Assembly: GCA_000934665.2 (NCBI GenBank)
Contig: KZ538607.1
Span: 1 to 59,295 of the forward strand
Origin: Catajapyx aquilonaris
Taxonomy: Eukaryota
Length of the DNA stretch: 59,295 nucleotides
Reading direction: 5' to 3'
This document shows positions 38,614 through 50,201 of this stretch, piece by piece. The translations under genes were made by a program, and so were the position numbers. The notes under the pieces are model-generated. The model saw nothing but the letters and a program-made list of their open reading frames with translations. It was not told where the DNA came from and ran no database searches. Position 1 is the first letter of the stretch. The number at the start of each line of letters is the position of its first letter.

Positions 38614-38942
38614 TTAAGAAGAATAACACATAAGGTCTAGGTGAAATAGGTGCCTCAAAATCTGTAGTGAAGTCTATGTAGGATAAGAATCACAGTAATC
38701 AAGCACTTGCTGAAAAAAGCCATGTAAACATGGAATATGTCCAATGTACAGCGTTGGACAATAATCGCGTCGTACTGCTAGCGACATTTTCCGAAGTGGC
38801 AGAAGAACGAATCAAAGCAATGGATAGTGAGAGCCGTGCAAGCAAGAATCCTTCTTCTGCTGCTTCAGAAAATGTCGCTAGCAGTATGACACGATTAATG
38901 TCCAACACTGTAGTACAGTCCATCAGGATTGCCACCCATGTA

Positions 38943-40238
38943 CGAGGGTGGTTCAATATATAATTCACGGAAAACGAGAGAACGATCGGACGTCATCGTT
39001 TCTTCCATTGTTGCTTTTTGTTGACACTGTTTACTCATATTGTTCCGTGAAAATATTTCCATGGGAAACTGTGATGACGTCAGATCATTCTCTCATTTTC
39101 TGTACATTAAGTTTCCTGGGTCTGGCATATCTAGAACATTAACAGCGGTTATGTGCTGTATATGTCAAATTAGCCACACATCACTGTTCCCATGTGACCA
39201 CTGCACATGCGTAGCTGATTAATCAGAAAAAGCGCACCACAAAAAGTAAGCTCGTGCTCTTCTGCTTGATTTTCTGGACACAGGGGAAACAATCATTGCT
39301 TTACCTTATTGCCTAACCTTGAACAAACTGAAATCTGCATTTTGTCACAATAGGCCAGGTCTCCTCACCTTTGTTGTCATTCTTTTTGATGACAATGCCA
39401 GTCCCTGCCCGTCCCTGCCCGTCCCAACTCAGGCAGGCTGACACAAGCCATTGCAGATTTCAGTTGGGGACCCCCTGACCATATCCTGATTTGGCCCCTA
39501 GAGATTTACACATAATCTTTCCAAGTTTGAAGAAGGTATCGGAAGGTCACCGTTTTCATACCAACCATCATGCATGACATGTCAGTGCACCATCTCCTTA
39601 TGGCCCAGAGCCCTATTTTCTTTGCGGGGGGGGGGGGGGGGGGTTCNCGAAGCTTGGGGACAAATGACTTAACATTGAAGATCATTATGTTAATAAATGA
39701 AGAAACAGTGTGGATAACTGGAAACAAATTTCTTGTGTATAAATAAAGTTGCTACAATGTGGCAGACCTGGGAAACTTATACAGGGTGAAGACATTTGTT
39801 GAGGGAACGCTTTGGGAAATGATGGAGGGGTTCTAGGCAATCACTTTAAGTGGTTGCAATATAGGTCTCCGCCGCATAGTGACCGAGATAATTAGCATTA
39901 AATAAAAAGTGCATTATCCCAGCTTATATGTTTCGGATACTGGTTACGACACTTCCATCGCCTGCTACCCCGCCATTCCCTGCTACACCCAACAGGATCG
40001 TACATTTAAATTAAATAACATGGTAACACCTTAAATTTATATGAAAAAGGTAAGGTCGCGACGAGGGACGGATACGTGCCAGGATATTTTATACCTTGTG
40101 CTTGAAGCACATTATCTCGGTAACTATGCAGCGGAGTCCCATGATGTGACCACTTTAGTGATCGCCTAGAACCCCATGATCATTTCCAAAAGCGATACCA
40201 CGACAAACGTCTTCACCATGTATATTGAACCACCCTCG
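38943..40238 (+). mobile_element. Decayed mariner element
   Basis: TA|CGAGGGTGGTTCAATA...TATTGAACCACCCTCG|TA; relics 'VILFDDNASP', 'PDLAPRDLH'. Confidence 0.85.
39782..40220. mobile_element. Tc1/mariner MITE inserted into the right TIR of the mariner element
   Basis: TA|CAGGGTGAAGAC...GTCTTCACCATG|TA. Confidence 0.8.
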
Positions 40239-40867
40239 TAGAATAAAGGCTAATAGTAGGCCAATAGAATAGTCCTTGGGGGTTTTCGATGCATGATGGT
40301 GCATTTAGGAGGGCCTTGTCGCCAAGAACTGTATGTGTGAATGTTGCGGAATGCAGCCTATATGTACTATCAACTAAAAACCCAGTTACATGGATTGTAA
40401 AAAGTTTACAATCAATGAGACCTTTCACCTATGATGTCATCCCATTAAAAATATCACAGGGGTGGCTTAATACCCATGAAAATATAAACTACAAACATTT
40501 CCTAATGCTATGGCTTAAGACATTTCCATCGGAGTTATAAGCCTACCAATGATTTTTTAAAAAATTGTGTGTGATAGACTTATAAGACTACCAAAATGGC
40601 ACGCAGTAAATGTAGGGTTAAATGGTTAGCAAGATACATACAGTAGTTGAGGGTGTTTCTAAGGTTTTAAAGATTTAATCTACAAGAATTTGACAAATTT
40701 AGTGCACCTAATATCATTTAATCCTATGGAATGGGACTTTATGGTCACTCTGTATATATCGCTCCTGATGCAACATGTCACCAGGTAATTTTAATTGGCC
40801 ATTGGTAATTTGGAGGTGAAAAAAAAAAGTTCAAATTGTTGGAACATTTGAACTGAACTTGTCCCAC

Positions 40868-41182
40868 CTGCTTGCAAGTTGAGACTGCGACCCTTGATTC
40901 CAGCTTCCTTCTTAGGTGGAGACCACCAATTGACAAATGAGCCAACAATAGGCACATGCCGCAGGATTCCCTCTTGCCAGATGCGGTCCTCATTCTCACG
41001 CTTCAGGTCTTCATTAACAGCCTCAATGCCCTTCTTAACAATCTCAGTCATCTTCTCAATGTAGCGTGATGACTCTTCGATTTCCTGTCCAGTGCTAAGA
41101 ACCAAATTAAGAAGCTCTTCAATATCCGTCTCTGATGTTACCATCCCGAACCGGACACACACCATCCCATCTTCGCCTTCAC
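40868..41182 (-). CDS. PDXDC1: PDXDC1 exon 14 (GEGEDGMVCVRFGMV...EGILRHVPIVGSFVNWWSP...GRSLNLQAG)
   Basis: Acceptor CAATAG, donor G|GTGGGA; 315 nt; recognisable PDXDC1 C-terminal signature. Confidence 0.95.
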
Positions 41183-41234
41183 CTATTGAAAATATTCATT
41201 ATAATCTCTGCCAAAGTATGGCACCTTTACTCAC

Positions 41235-41475
41235 CAATTGAGAATGCTGAATCAATGCTACGCAGCTGATTGACAAGTTCAGTGTTGAGTTGATTAGCCT
41301 CCTGCTTTGATTGGTCAGTGTCACGGTCGTCAGGATTTCGCAGCCAGCTGCTAGGAATGAATCGAACTCCACCCAAGCCTGCCCATTGTGGAACTGTTAC
41401 TGATTGCAGCTGGTCTACATGAGTCACCAGCTCCAGAAATGTGACCTTGTGTTTCACAGTGGCATCCAAAATATC
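41235..41475 (-). CDS. PDXDC1: PDXDC1 exon 13 (DILDATVKHK...WAGLGGVRFIP...DSAFSIG)
   Basis: Acceptor TTTTCAG, donor G|GTGAGT; 241 nt; WAGLGxVR motif typical of PDXDC1. Confidence 0.93.
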
Positions 41476-41527
41476 CTGAAAAATGTTTGTTAAAGAGGAT
41501 GCAATAACACTTCACAAAGTTTCGTAC

Positions 41528-41689
41528 AAGTTGTTGCTCAAGGCAGACAATAAAGTCATCCACATCCTGCTTGGTCACATCCACTGAAGAGAACTCCAAT
41601 GGACAGAAACGGATGGAGTAGCCGCATGCTTCAACATCCACTATCTCAATTGACAGCTGTGGGGCATCCCTCTGCAGAATCTGTCCTAA
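41528..41689 (-). CDS. PDXDC1: PDXDC1 exon 12 (LGQILQRDAP...IRFCPLE...CLEQQL)
   Basis: Acceptor TGGCAG, donor CTT|GTACGA; 162 nt. Confidence 0.92.
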
Positions 41690-41749
41690 CTGCCAACACA
41701 AAGAAATTGTAAAAATAGCTCTAACATAAGGTCATATAAAATTAGTTAC

Positions 41750-41854
41750 CCAGGAATTGAGATTGTCAAAGTAAGGAGGATTCCGCCCTTCTGTTTCTTC
41801 CCTTTCTGGTATGTAGTGAAATACAACAGTTGATAGTGCAACATCAAACAGGAT
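41750..41854 (-). CDS. PDXDC1: PDXDC1 exon 11 (ILFDVALSTVVFHY...YFDNLNSW)
   Basis: Acceptor TTTTAG, donor TGG|GTAACT; 105 nt. Confidence 0.9.
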
Positions 41855-41916
41855 CTAAAACAGACAGTTGTTTAACTGACAAACTTGAGACAAGGCTTAG
41901 TTAAGTTCATGCTTAC

Positions 41917-41991
41917 TGAAGGTCCCACAGGTTTGGTGTCCAAGTCATCTATGGAGTAACCTTGTCCTTCTTCCACTTCATGATGAGGACT
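41917..41991 (-). CDS. PDXDC1: PDXDC1 exon 10 (SPHHEVEEGQGYSIDDLDTKPVGPS)
   Basis: Acceptor CTATAG, donor TCA|GTAAGC; 75 nt; flanked by 62-nt introns. Confidence 0.82.
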
Positions 41992-42053
41992 CTATAGTAT
42001 GTAAGAATTGATTAACACCCCATCACATACTTTCACCTCCCAGCAGTACTTAC

Positions 42054-42155
42054 TAGAAGTTTCACATGTTTAAATGTGAGCAGTTTTGTTTCCAAATATC
42101 TTGTCAATTCAAAGGCTTGTCTAATTCGCATATGCACACCATCTTGTCCCAGCAC
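42054..42155 (-). CDS. PDXDC1: PDXDC1 exon 9 (VLGQDGVHMRIRQAFEL...HVKLL)
   Basis: Acceptor ATAAAG, donor CTA|GTAAGT; 102 nt. Confidence 0.88.
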
Positions 42156-42356
42156 CTTTATATGAAGAGATAACTGTTAGTGTGAAAGCCTCAATTGGTT
42201 TTTAGCAAGACAATGTCTACTTTTGTCAAATTCCCCATATAAAATGCCACTGTCCTGACCCATATTCTTGTCAGAGCAAGGGGCACTGCAGAAAATATGT
42301 GGTAACTTATTCAGGAATCTGAATTTATACTAGCAACTTGCATCACAATAACTCAC

Positions 42357-42461
42357 CTGCAGACACACCCAAAGGGGCAGACAATTCAGCCTAAACAGTA
42401 AATTGAAGGAACTTAGGCCTGCTGCATGGATAAGAGGGGCATCAGCAGATTTATACAATGT
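42357..42461 (-). CDS. PDXDC1: PDXDC1 exon 8 (TLYKSADAPLIHAAGL...LPLWVCLQ)
   Basis: Acceptor AATTAAG, donor CAG|GTGAGT; 105 nt. Confidence 0.9.
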
Positions 42462-42524
42462 CTTAATTTAAATTAAGGACATTTCCAAAAACAATGACAA
42501 ATACAAAACTAGTGAAAAGGATAC

Positions 42525-42596
42525 AACAAATGGAAGCCCAGGCACCCCCAGCCACTGGCCCAATGTCAGAGTCATGCTCTCTCCTGTTCTGGTGGC
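42525..42596 (-). CDS. PDXDC1: PDXDC1 exon 7 (ATRTGESMTLTLGQWLGVPGLPFV)
   Basis: Acceptor CTTCACAG, donor GTT|GTATCC; 72 nt; too short for the ORF track, translated by hand. Confidence 0.9.
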
Positions 42597-43381
42597 CTGT
42601 GAAGCATAAAACTAAATTTAGTAAATGATTGCACACACATTACCTCCCCATTTTTCTGTACCAATCCTCCCTTTTTAAAGCATATTTGTTGTAGTTTAAG
42701 GTGCATTCACATATCCGCAATTCCGTTCCCGTGACCGATTCGGTGCCCCGTCGCTGTCGCTGGAGCATTCATGTATCCATGACGCGGAGCCCCCAGCGAC
42801 AAAGTTCCTGTCCTGCGACCGATTTGGTGCCCGTCCCAGATCTGCTAGACCCAGATACCTGCGACGGCAGACACATGGTCGCTGGCGACAGAAGTCACAT
42901 GTAGGCCATTTTGGCCAATAGAACTGCAGCCTTGGAGGAAGGAAGACGGACAAACGTCTCCAGACAGCCTCTCCTCCTTGCCATCATGCGGGAAGGTGGG
43001 AAGGTGGGAGCTGGCGGGGAGATGATTGCAGGGGTGTTCGAATGGATGTGTGTTGAATATTTTGAATAAAGGAATGAAAAGGGGGTCCCCATGCCTTGTT
43101 AGGATCACTAGTATTAGTGCTGGTGATCCAGTAGACTGAGTAAAGTCATGGAAGTATTTATGACATGAGCCTGCCTGTCCCATCATGGCAAAGGAGTTCT
43201 CTGGGCCTTACTGAGTCCGCTTTCCATCTCCCGTTCTCATATTCATAAATCTTCTCTGGTGCTCCATGTTACTCGACCATTTTTCTTTCACCAGGATTTC
43301 TGATTTTAGGCAACCAGGCTGGCTTTTTGCCACTACATCTAACAAATGAACTGCATTCAGGTGCTTATAGATGTATGATTA

Positions 43382-43863
43382 TAGAGTCCAGATATTTAGT
43401 TGCGAAAAAAATCTTGAAATAGGCACGAAAAAACTGAAATGGGCCCAAAAATCTTACTTTTGTGGGTGTATGGAGGATGATGTTACAGAAAATCAAATGA
43501 GAGACACCAACTCTATAGCCCTAAACTCCTAAAGTATAAAATAATAAAAGGTCACAAACCAGAGCAAAAACCGAATAACAACGATAAACTAACAGGAAAT
43601 CACAAAACTTGGGCGAAAGACATAGTAACACTTGCTCTGGTCTCTACCGCTTATAGCCCATTTCCCAGAAAAGGCCAAATAGGCATGAATAGGCGCTAAA
43701 AGCCAGAATAGGCAAAATAGTTCCCAAAACCACAACATAGGCAATTTTAGGCGCTAGCCTACATTTTCTACATCCTGCACTTATGAAACACACAGTTCTC
43801 TTCACAAAACAATCCCAACTGTAAATGAACTAAATAGGCATTTGCCTAAAAATCCCGACTTTA
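43382..43863. mobile_element. hAT-like MITE with AATAGGC repeats (related to 52185-53537)
   Basis: Absent from the opposite arm of its host; TAGAGTCCAGAT...ATCCCGACTTTA ends. Confidence 0.65.
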
Positions 43864-43964
43864 GATATGACACTTATTGATTGCACCACTTTTAGAAAAC
43901 TTGAGAATATTTACCGTTTTTGCCATAACCTTATATGCATCTTATCCAACGGCAGAATGCATTT

Positions 43965-44210
43965 GAGGCGCTCAGAGGAAGAACAGCATATCCCAACCGA
44001 CCTCCAATTTTGAGATAGTAGTGCTGTTGCACTCTCCTGGCATCTACCTTTCACGTGCTGAAGTACCAAATGAATTGGGATATGTCAAAGCTCACATATT
44101 CCACTTGTTAAATTGTGCTTTCAGAGCTCAGTAGTAAAACAAAACACAAAAAGGCATTTTCCTCAAAATGAACTCCGCTTGGGATATGCCGTTCTGCCTC
44201 TGAGCGCCTC
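43965..44210. mobile_element. Sola-like MITE (GAG termini, 4-bp TSD)
   Basis: ATTT|GAGGCGCTCAGAGG...CCTCTGAGCGCCTC|ATTT; single ATTT in the opposite host arm. Confidence 0.8.
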
Positions 44211-46533
44211 ATTTATCTCCTGCACGAGCATGAATACACATATCCTCTTGAATTTCGTGGACATCTATACGGGTATTTTACTTCTTTTTTTCTTGTTCTT
44301 TTACATACGTGACTGCATGGCTATGCTCATACACGTTACCCAACACACATCACAGGAAGTGTTGGAAGTGGTCACCATGATATGCATGAGACACTTGTCC
44401 ATGTGGCAATGCATGCTGTTGGAAACATGTCTCAATGTTGCAACATCAAAGTTGCGGATTTTTTTACTGTATTAATGGTTTCCTGTAAGGCTTCAATAAT
44501 AATAATTCTACCTGGCTTGCACCTACAAAACCTCTCCGGGCTTGTCAGCTCAGGCTATCTTGGTGGCCACATACTTTGGAAATGACAATAGGTGAAATTT
44601 TCTTCCCACTGATAGCTACTGCTAACTTATTAGTACCAGTGTTGTCATGAATTTTCCATTGATTTTTGGCCATTTATTTACGAGATACCGTATAACACAA
44701 TTTTAGGGTACGAGTCTATAGGAATGCGTCATGAGTGTTATGTGTCGCTGCTATCACAAGCTAACGTGCATTTACACTGATTATTCTGTGTTGGGTAACA
44801 TATGCTAGACCAGCCATGATTGTAGTCATGCATGTAAAAGGACAAGAAAAGGAGGTAGAAATGACAGTACCAGTAGATGTCCACGTAATTGAAGAGAATA
44901 TGTGCATTAAGTAGGACACTGATGGTGAAGCAGGATATAAATGCATTTTGCCATATAAGATGCAAAAAGTTATGGCAAAGATGGAAAATATTTTCAGGTT
45001 CTCTAAAAGTGGTGCAAGTGTCATATCTAAGCACCTGAATGCTGTACCATTGTTATGCAGCATGTAGTGGCAGAAGCAGCCTAGTTGTCTAAAATCAGAA
45101 GTCCTGGTGAAAGAAAAATGGTCGAGTAACATGGAGCACCAGAGAAGATTTACTACGAATATAAGAACGGGAGATAGAAAGTGGACGCAAGCAAGGCCCA
45201 GAGAACTCTGTTGCCATGATGGGGCAGGCAGGCTCATGTCATAAATACTTCATACACACATACATGCATGCTTTTATAACATTATAAGTGGTAGCGTGAA
45301 ATGGAAAAGGAGATGCAAAAACATGAAAATACGCAAAATATGCATCATTCAAATGTGTGACCAAAATGCATAATTATGGTGTTATTTTCAGACATTCAAA
45401 ACCCGACCACAACATGTGAAGAAAAAATCAGCACCACGGTTCAGGTGCATTTATTGCAGTTTCCTCACTTTTCGTGGACAATTTGCTCCAAATTCTACGA
45501 ATAGGCGAAAAATCATGTCACCTACGCTAGGTCCATACTAATTTTTGCGGCCTCGTCGTGCTGCATGTTTGTCCGCACATCCCAATTATACCGGCAATAA
45601 ACTGCACGCGTTTTGATTGACCTGAAAGAAATGTGCTGCCCATTTTTTCCACTGCTACTCGCATACACTGGCGTATGTCTAAAGTCCCAGCACACTTTCC
45701 TGCCACATTTATGTAGTGTTTTGTAACTTCTTACAACTCTCCTTTTATTATAAACATCCATGGAACTCTGCTGTGACTGTAGCAGAAGATCAAAAGTGCT
45801 TTCATTCTGGAATTATGCCCCCAAACATTTATTTTGACGTGCTGTACCGTATTCAACATTTCCCCGGATTCAATTTCGAACCTCGCCGCCATCCTGCCTG
45901 CCTCTTATCTTGCTGGATACCACGGGCGATGCCTTGCATTAAAAACTTAAATGATTTTACTTTTACAAACGTCCATGGAGGTGGCCCCTGACCATAGCAG
46001 ATGGCCAGTTGCAAGTTTGTGACAGAAATATGCCTTCCAAGCGTGTACTTTGAGGGATAAGGCCGGCTCTCAGTGGAGGCCAGCGGAGCCTCCATCTTTT
46101 TTTTCGGGCATGAGATCGTGGCGACGGCTTACGTGAATGCTGTCACGACGTCATGCACCGAAGAGTGCTGCGACCGGGCCCCCAGCAGCTGGGTGATACC
46201 ATGCCCGAGACGTCGCTCGGGCACAGGGTCGTGGTCGCAGGCGCCGATATGTGAATGCACCTTAAAACCTGACAAGCTGATATGATTGATTGATTGATGG
46301 TTTAATGGCGCAACAGCAGCAATGGCTATACTGCGCCAAACAAGCTGATATGTCCCATGCAATCCACAACCAATGAAAATATCAGGGACTGGTCACTTTT
46401 TTCTAACCAATTCCCTTATGTTAGTCTTCCTCAGAAAGAACGCTATCTATGTTCAGGCAAAATATCTTGGCAAGAGCACCCTAAATTTTAGAGTAGAAAA
46501 ATGGGGCCTATGCATCGATAAATTTTGACTCAC

Positions 46534-46661
46534 AGCATTTGGAACTGCAATCATTGCTTGGGCAGCCAAGCTGTGACCTTCCACATGTAGCCATATCTCA
46601 TATTGCTTGCACAGTTCCTGTAGGCGTTGAATGTTATCCACATGTCCTGTGACAGGTGTCC
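46534..46661 (-). CDS. PDXDC1: PDXDC1 exon 6 (GTPVTGHVDNI...WLHVEGHSLAA...VPNA)
   Basis: Acceptor TTTTAG, donor GCT|GTGAGT; 128 nt; WLHVEG corresponds to WLHVDAA of group II decarboxylases. Confidence 0.93.
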
Positions 46662-46721
46662 CTAAAAGACAACAGGAAAATGCAATGGCTGGGGTGAGCA
46701 TTAGATAAACTCCTCCATTAC

Positions 46722-46869
46722 CTGCATTAGCTACTACAAGAAGCGGCACTTTTCGAGCTGCTAGATCATCATGCACTAGGCGTTCCAAAGCTGCCACATC
46801 CATCTTGTGTTGTGATCCAAACATGGTGTTGCAGGGAACTACACTTACGCATGAAAGGGGTAGTCCCAA
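46722..46869 (-). CDS. PDXDC1: PDXDC1 exon 5 (LGLPLSC...PLLVVANAG)
   Basis: Acceptor TTTGCAG, donor G|GTAATG; 148 nt; group II decarboxylase 'P-x-x-V-V-A-x-x-G-T' motif region. Confidence 0.93.
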
Positions 46870-46924
46870 CTGCAAAAGCAAAAATTTGAGTAGTGCACCA
46901 GTGGATCCATAATCATGTGTTTAC

Positions 46925-47114
46925 CTGGGAGCACAAGTAACGACCTAATCCATTTCGTCCAGCTGCACTTATGTAGATAACAGGTGGGCGTGAATAAAGG
47001 ACTTCAAATCCATCTGACCCATACTTAGGATACCGCACATGCATGACGAGTCGAGTCACTCTCACTAGCCCTTCTCGAACATCTTCATGGAAAAATGCTG
47101 AACCTTCAAAAAAT
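46925..47114 (-). CDS. PDXDC1: PDXDC1 exon 4 (FFEGSAFFHEDVREGLVRV...RYLCSQ)
   Basis: Acceptor TGTAG, donor CAG|GTAAAC; 190 nt, completes the split Arg codon. Confidence 0.92.
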
Positions 47115-47265
47115 CTACATAGATGCACACTGTTAGACATCAGATCCAAATATGAACAAGATTTTAAGAGCACAGGTAAATGAAGGATAAAGCGAAGCAG
47201 ATATGAAAAGATTGTTCAACAACATGCGCATTTGAACTACTGCGTTTAAATCTGTATTGTAGGTA

Positions 47266-47490
47266 CAGTGCTGGACATTAATGGTAGAGTACTGGCAGCG
47301 ACATTAGCCGAGGTGGCGAAAGAGCGCATCAAACCTTATCGAACCCATGAATAAGATCGGATGGCCCTGCAGTCAGTGACATCACCCATGGCCATCTGAT
47401 CTTATTCATGGGTTCGATAAGGTTTGATGCACTCTTTCGCCACCTCGGCTAATGTCGCTGCCAGTAGTCTACCATTAATGTCCAGCACTG
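47266..47490. mobile_element. Hairpin MITE, near-perfect arms of about 100 bp
   Basis: CAGTGCTGGACATTAATGGTAG...CTACCATTAATGTCCAGCACTG. Confidence 0.88.
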
Positions 47491-48026
47491 TTATGATTAA
47501 TTGCCTCCACACACACATACACAGTCTTCATATTTTTATTGTAACCCAGAGTCATTGAGACCATCCTAATTAAGGGCGCCGGATACCTAACTGATTTTTC
47601 AGAATCGCGTTCCAAGTTTGGCCGAGTCACAGGTGCAGCGTTCTCTTTGCACCCGATGCGGGCGTCTCACTGGACGTACGGACCGGAAATTTTCACAGAA
47701 TGGCAAGGAAGGGCCAATTGAGCCCCCGATGGAGTTTCGATCCATTAGAACAATAATTGCGAGATCTACAAGGGGAGGAGTTTTTGAAAAACGGTCACGA
47801 CATCTTGGCTCCGGATTCGAATTTGGGAAATATCTCGACAGTCATCGATAGCCAGAGTTGTCCTTTCTTACTCCAAAGCAGGATTAATTGGGCTATTGGT
47901 TTTTGCACAGCTATTTAAACGGTATCACCACTTCATCTCGTCAATTCGGCGGAAGTACTTCCGAAATAGAACGGTTGGTTCCCTGTTGCCCACGCGCTTT
48001 TTAAATTATTTAAAAATAACGTAGGA

Positions 48027-48438
48027 CAGTGGCGGATCCAGGGGGGGGGGGGGGNNGGGGGGAGTGCCAAGTATATTGGGCTAAAGTATGAAATATCCCC
48101 AATTAACAGTAATTGCAATACGATAAGTTTTGAAGTCGCCGAGCCACCGTCTGCCTTCATCATGCAGGTAGTTTACTCTAAACTTGCGTGACCTTGAACC
48201 GAAAAAATAATAATTTTCCCTGCGGAGTGCTTTTTCTACCCTTCTTCTTGTGCAGTTCTATAATTCGTTCGAATGACCGATGCTTGCGGTTCATAGTTCT
48301 GACATAGCCATGGTCTTCCTATACCAGCTATTCCATATCCTCAACACAAACGCTACTGTTTGTAATTGTGTCGGAAGTAAATAGAACAAGCAGGAGAAAA
48401 ATCGCCCCCACCAAAGATTTGACCTGGATCCGCCACTG
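48027..48438. mobile_element. hAT MITE
   Basis: TIR CAGTGGCGGATCCAGG; 8-bp flanks ACGTAGGA/GCGTAGGA. Confidence 0.88.
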
Positions 48439-48493
48439 GCGTAGGATTGTAGCCCATGTTAAGTCACCAGAACGCATAATGAAATTGACTCAC

Positions 48494-48684
48494 CGAAATA
48501 GTCTAGACACCCATAGACTTGTGTCAGATGTAATTCTGGTTGCCACATTCTTGATGTGATTGTGCTCCAAAGTCGAGACATATGCTGCAATTGTGTGCGT
48601 CACCACAGACAATCTTGCAGGCTTGTCCAGATGCTTTAAAATTGCTGTTGGTCCTTCTTCTACATCACCATACATTAAGAGTTC
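48494..48684 (-). CDS. PDXDC1: PDXDC1 exon 3 (ELLMYGDVEE...SLWVSRLFR)
   Basis: Acceptor TTTTGCAG, donor CG|GTGAGT; 191 nt; 'RITSDTSLWVSRLFR' resembles PDXDC1. Confidence 0.92.
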
Positions 48685-48690
48685 CTGCAA

Positions 48691-48739
<49 letters not shown>

Positions 48740-48748
48740 GTAATAATA

Positions 48749-48825
<77 letters not shown>
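48691..48825. repeat. (AAT)n microsatellite filling PDXDC1 intron 2
   Basis: Direct observation. Confidence 0.98.
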
Positions 48826-48872
48826 CTTCATGTAGTCATGCCTTCACTGGCAATCCAAAACAACAACTTCAC

Positions 48873-49049
48873 CTCAAGTGTTTTAAGGATCTCATCTTCT
48901 GGCTTTCCTTCAGCTGACAAGGGTCCCCCAAATGGCTTTTCCACATCATCTTCAGGTGGAGCATTGTCCTTGTTTTGACTAGACTGCAATCGCTCCACAA
49001 TTTCACTTGCCTGAACTTCAAGTTCAGCCATAGTTGGGTTACTGAAATT
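48873..49049 (-). CDS. PDXDC1: PDXDC1 exon 2 (NFSNPTMAELEVQ...ILKTLE)
   Basis: Acceptor TTTTATCACAG, donor GAG|GTGAAG; 177 nt, phase 0/0. Confidence 0.85.
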
Positions 49050-49535
49050 CTGTGATAAAAAATTGGGAATGAGCACATGCTTTAGCCTACCATGGTGAAT
49101 TTGCACATGTGAGGGTTTCGCTTCCTTGGTACCTGGCCTGAAAAGATAATTTGTTGTATACCAGAATAATTTTTTGTGGACGCTGTTCCTACTCATATTA
49201 GAATATCAGATGAAATAGTGAAACACAGTTTTTTTCATATTTGTTTTCTGAGTTGTAAAAATGTGGGCTTCCAAATGGCAAATTTTTTATTTATTTAGTT
49301 TTAAAATGGCTAATACATTGCTAATAACTAATGAATTTCTAGGTTGTTTTTTTTACCTAGGTACTTTTGATGATTAGATCACCTACACATTAGCTGGAAT
49401 ACAACTGGCCCTAATTTTTTTTTTTTTAAATTTATGATTGTGAAAGTATGGCTGCACAATGTGTTAACACTTCAAATGGGACATCTCATCAAGAATTATT
49501 GTACACACATCAATTTCATTTAAGTTCAGGTTTAA

Positions 49536-50201
49536 TGGGGAACTAGCCTTCATTTTGGAAACTACATAATAAATTCGCCCATATTTTTTGGATTTTTTTG
49601 GCATATTCCGTTTTAAGATATCAGTTCCCGTTCCGGAGTAATTGGGGTTTTTATGTAGGGAAATGGTGACGTCACTGTTTCCCTAGAAAATGTTGACGTC
49701 ACGCGAAGTGAAATGAACGCAAAAATGGTGTTATAGAACGCGCCCTGTCATTGTTGCAAAATGCTTCGCTGTTGTTAGCAACCGTCCCATTCCGTGAGCA
49801 AGATAGCGGCCGGGGCGCGTTTTTACTTCACGCCGCTCAATCAGCTAAGGGGCTGGCAGTGGTGCCACCAGGTCGGAATTATCTGTCACCCGAATTCGGC
49901 ACATGAAGGCCCCCCTTTTCCACCTCGATGGCCTACAGCCGCCTTGCGAATGCTTTCCGTCGCGTCTGCGGTTAATTCAAAGTCAAATTCCTCATATCTC
50001 GCAGTCAACCAGGCATTTCGGTGTACCCTTTCGATTGGCCTCAGCGTTTTTCCCGCCAATTTTGAAGGCACTTTTAAATGTGCCGTAATTTATCCAGTAA
50101 TGTCATTTTGATGCAACAGAGTGATGGAATGTATGTTTACGGGCATGGGCTAGCTAGTTATGAACAAAAATCCCAAATCCCAGACCAAGGCTAGTTCCCC
50201 A
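49536..50201. mobile_element. TTAA-flanked non-autonomous element
   Basis: TTAA|TGGGGAACTAGCCTT...AAGGCTAGTTCCCCA|TTAA; CpG-rich interior. Confidence 0.8.

Larger units (their letters stand above)
43151..45251. mobile_element. Long fold-back element nested in 42700-46261
   Basis: GAAGTATTTATGACATGAGCCTGCCTG... matches the reverse complement of 45100-45251; homology resumes at 43862-44470 versus about 44640-45040. Confidence 0.8.
42700..46261. mobile_element. Large composite TIR element filling PDXDC1 intron 6 (Harbinger-like termini)
   Basis: TTAA|GGTGCATTCACATATC...GATATGTGAATGCACC|TTAA; CpG-rich subterminal repeats; possible MADF-like relic 'WDVRTNMQHDEAAK' at about 45545-45610 (minus). 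Confidence 0.7.
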
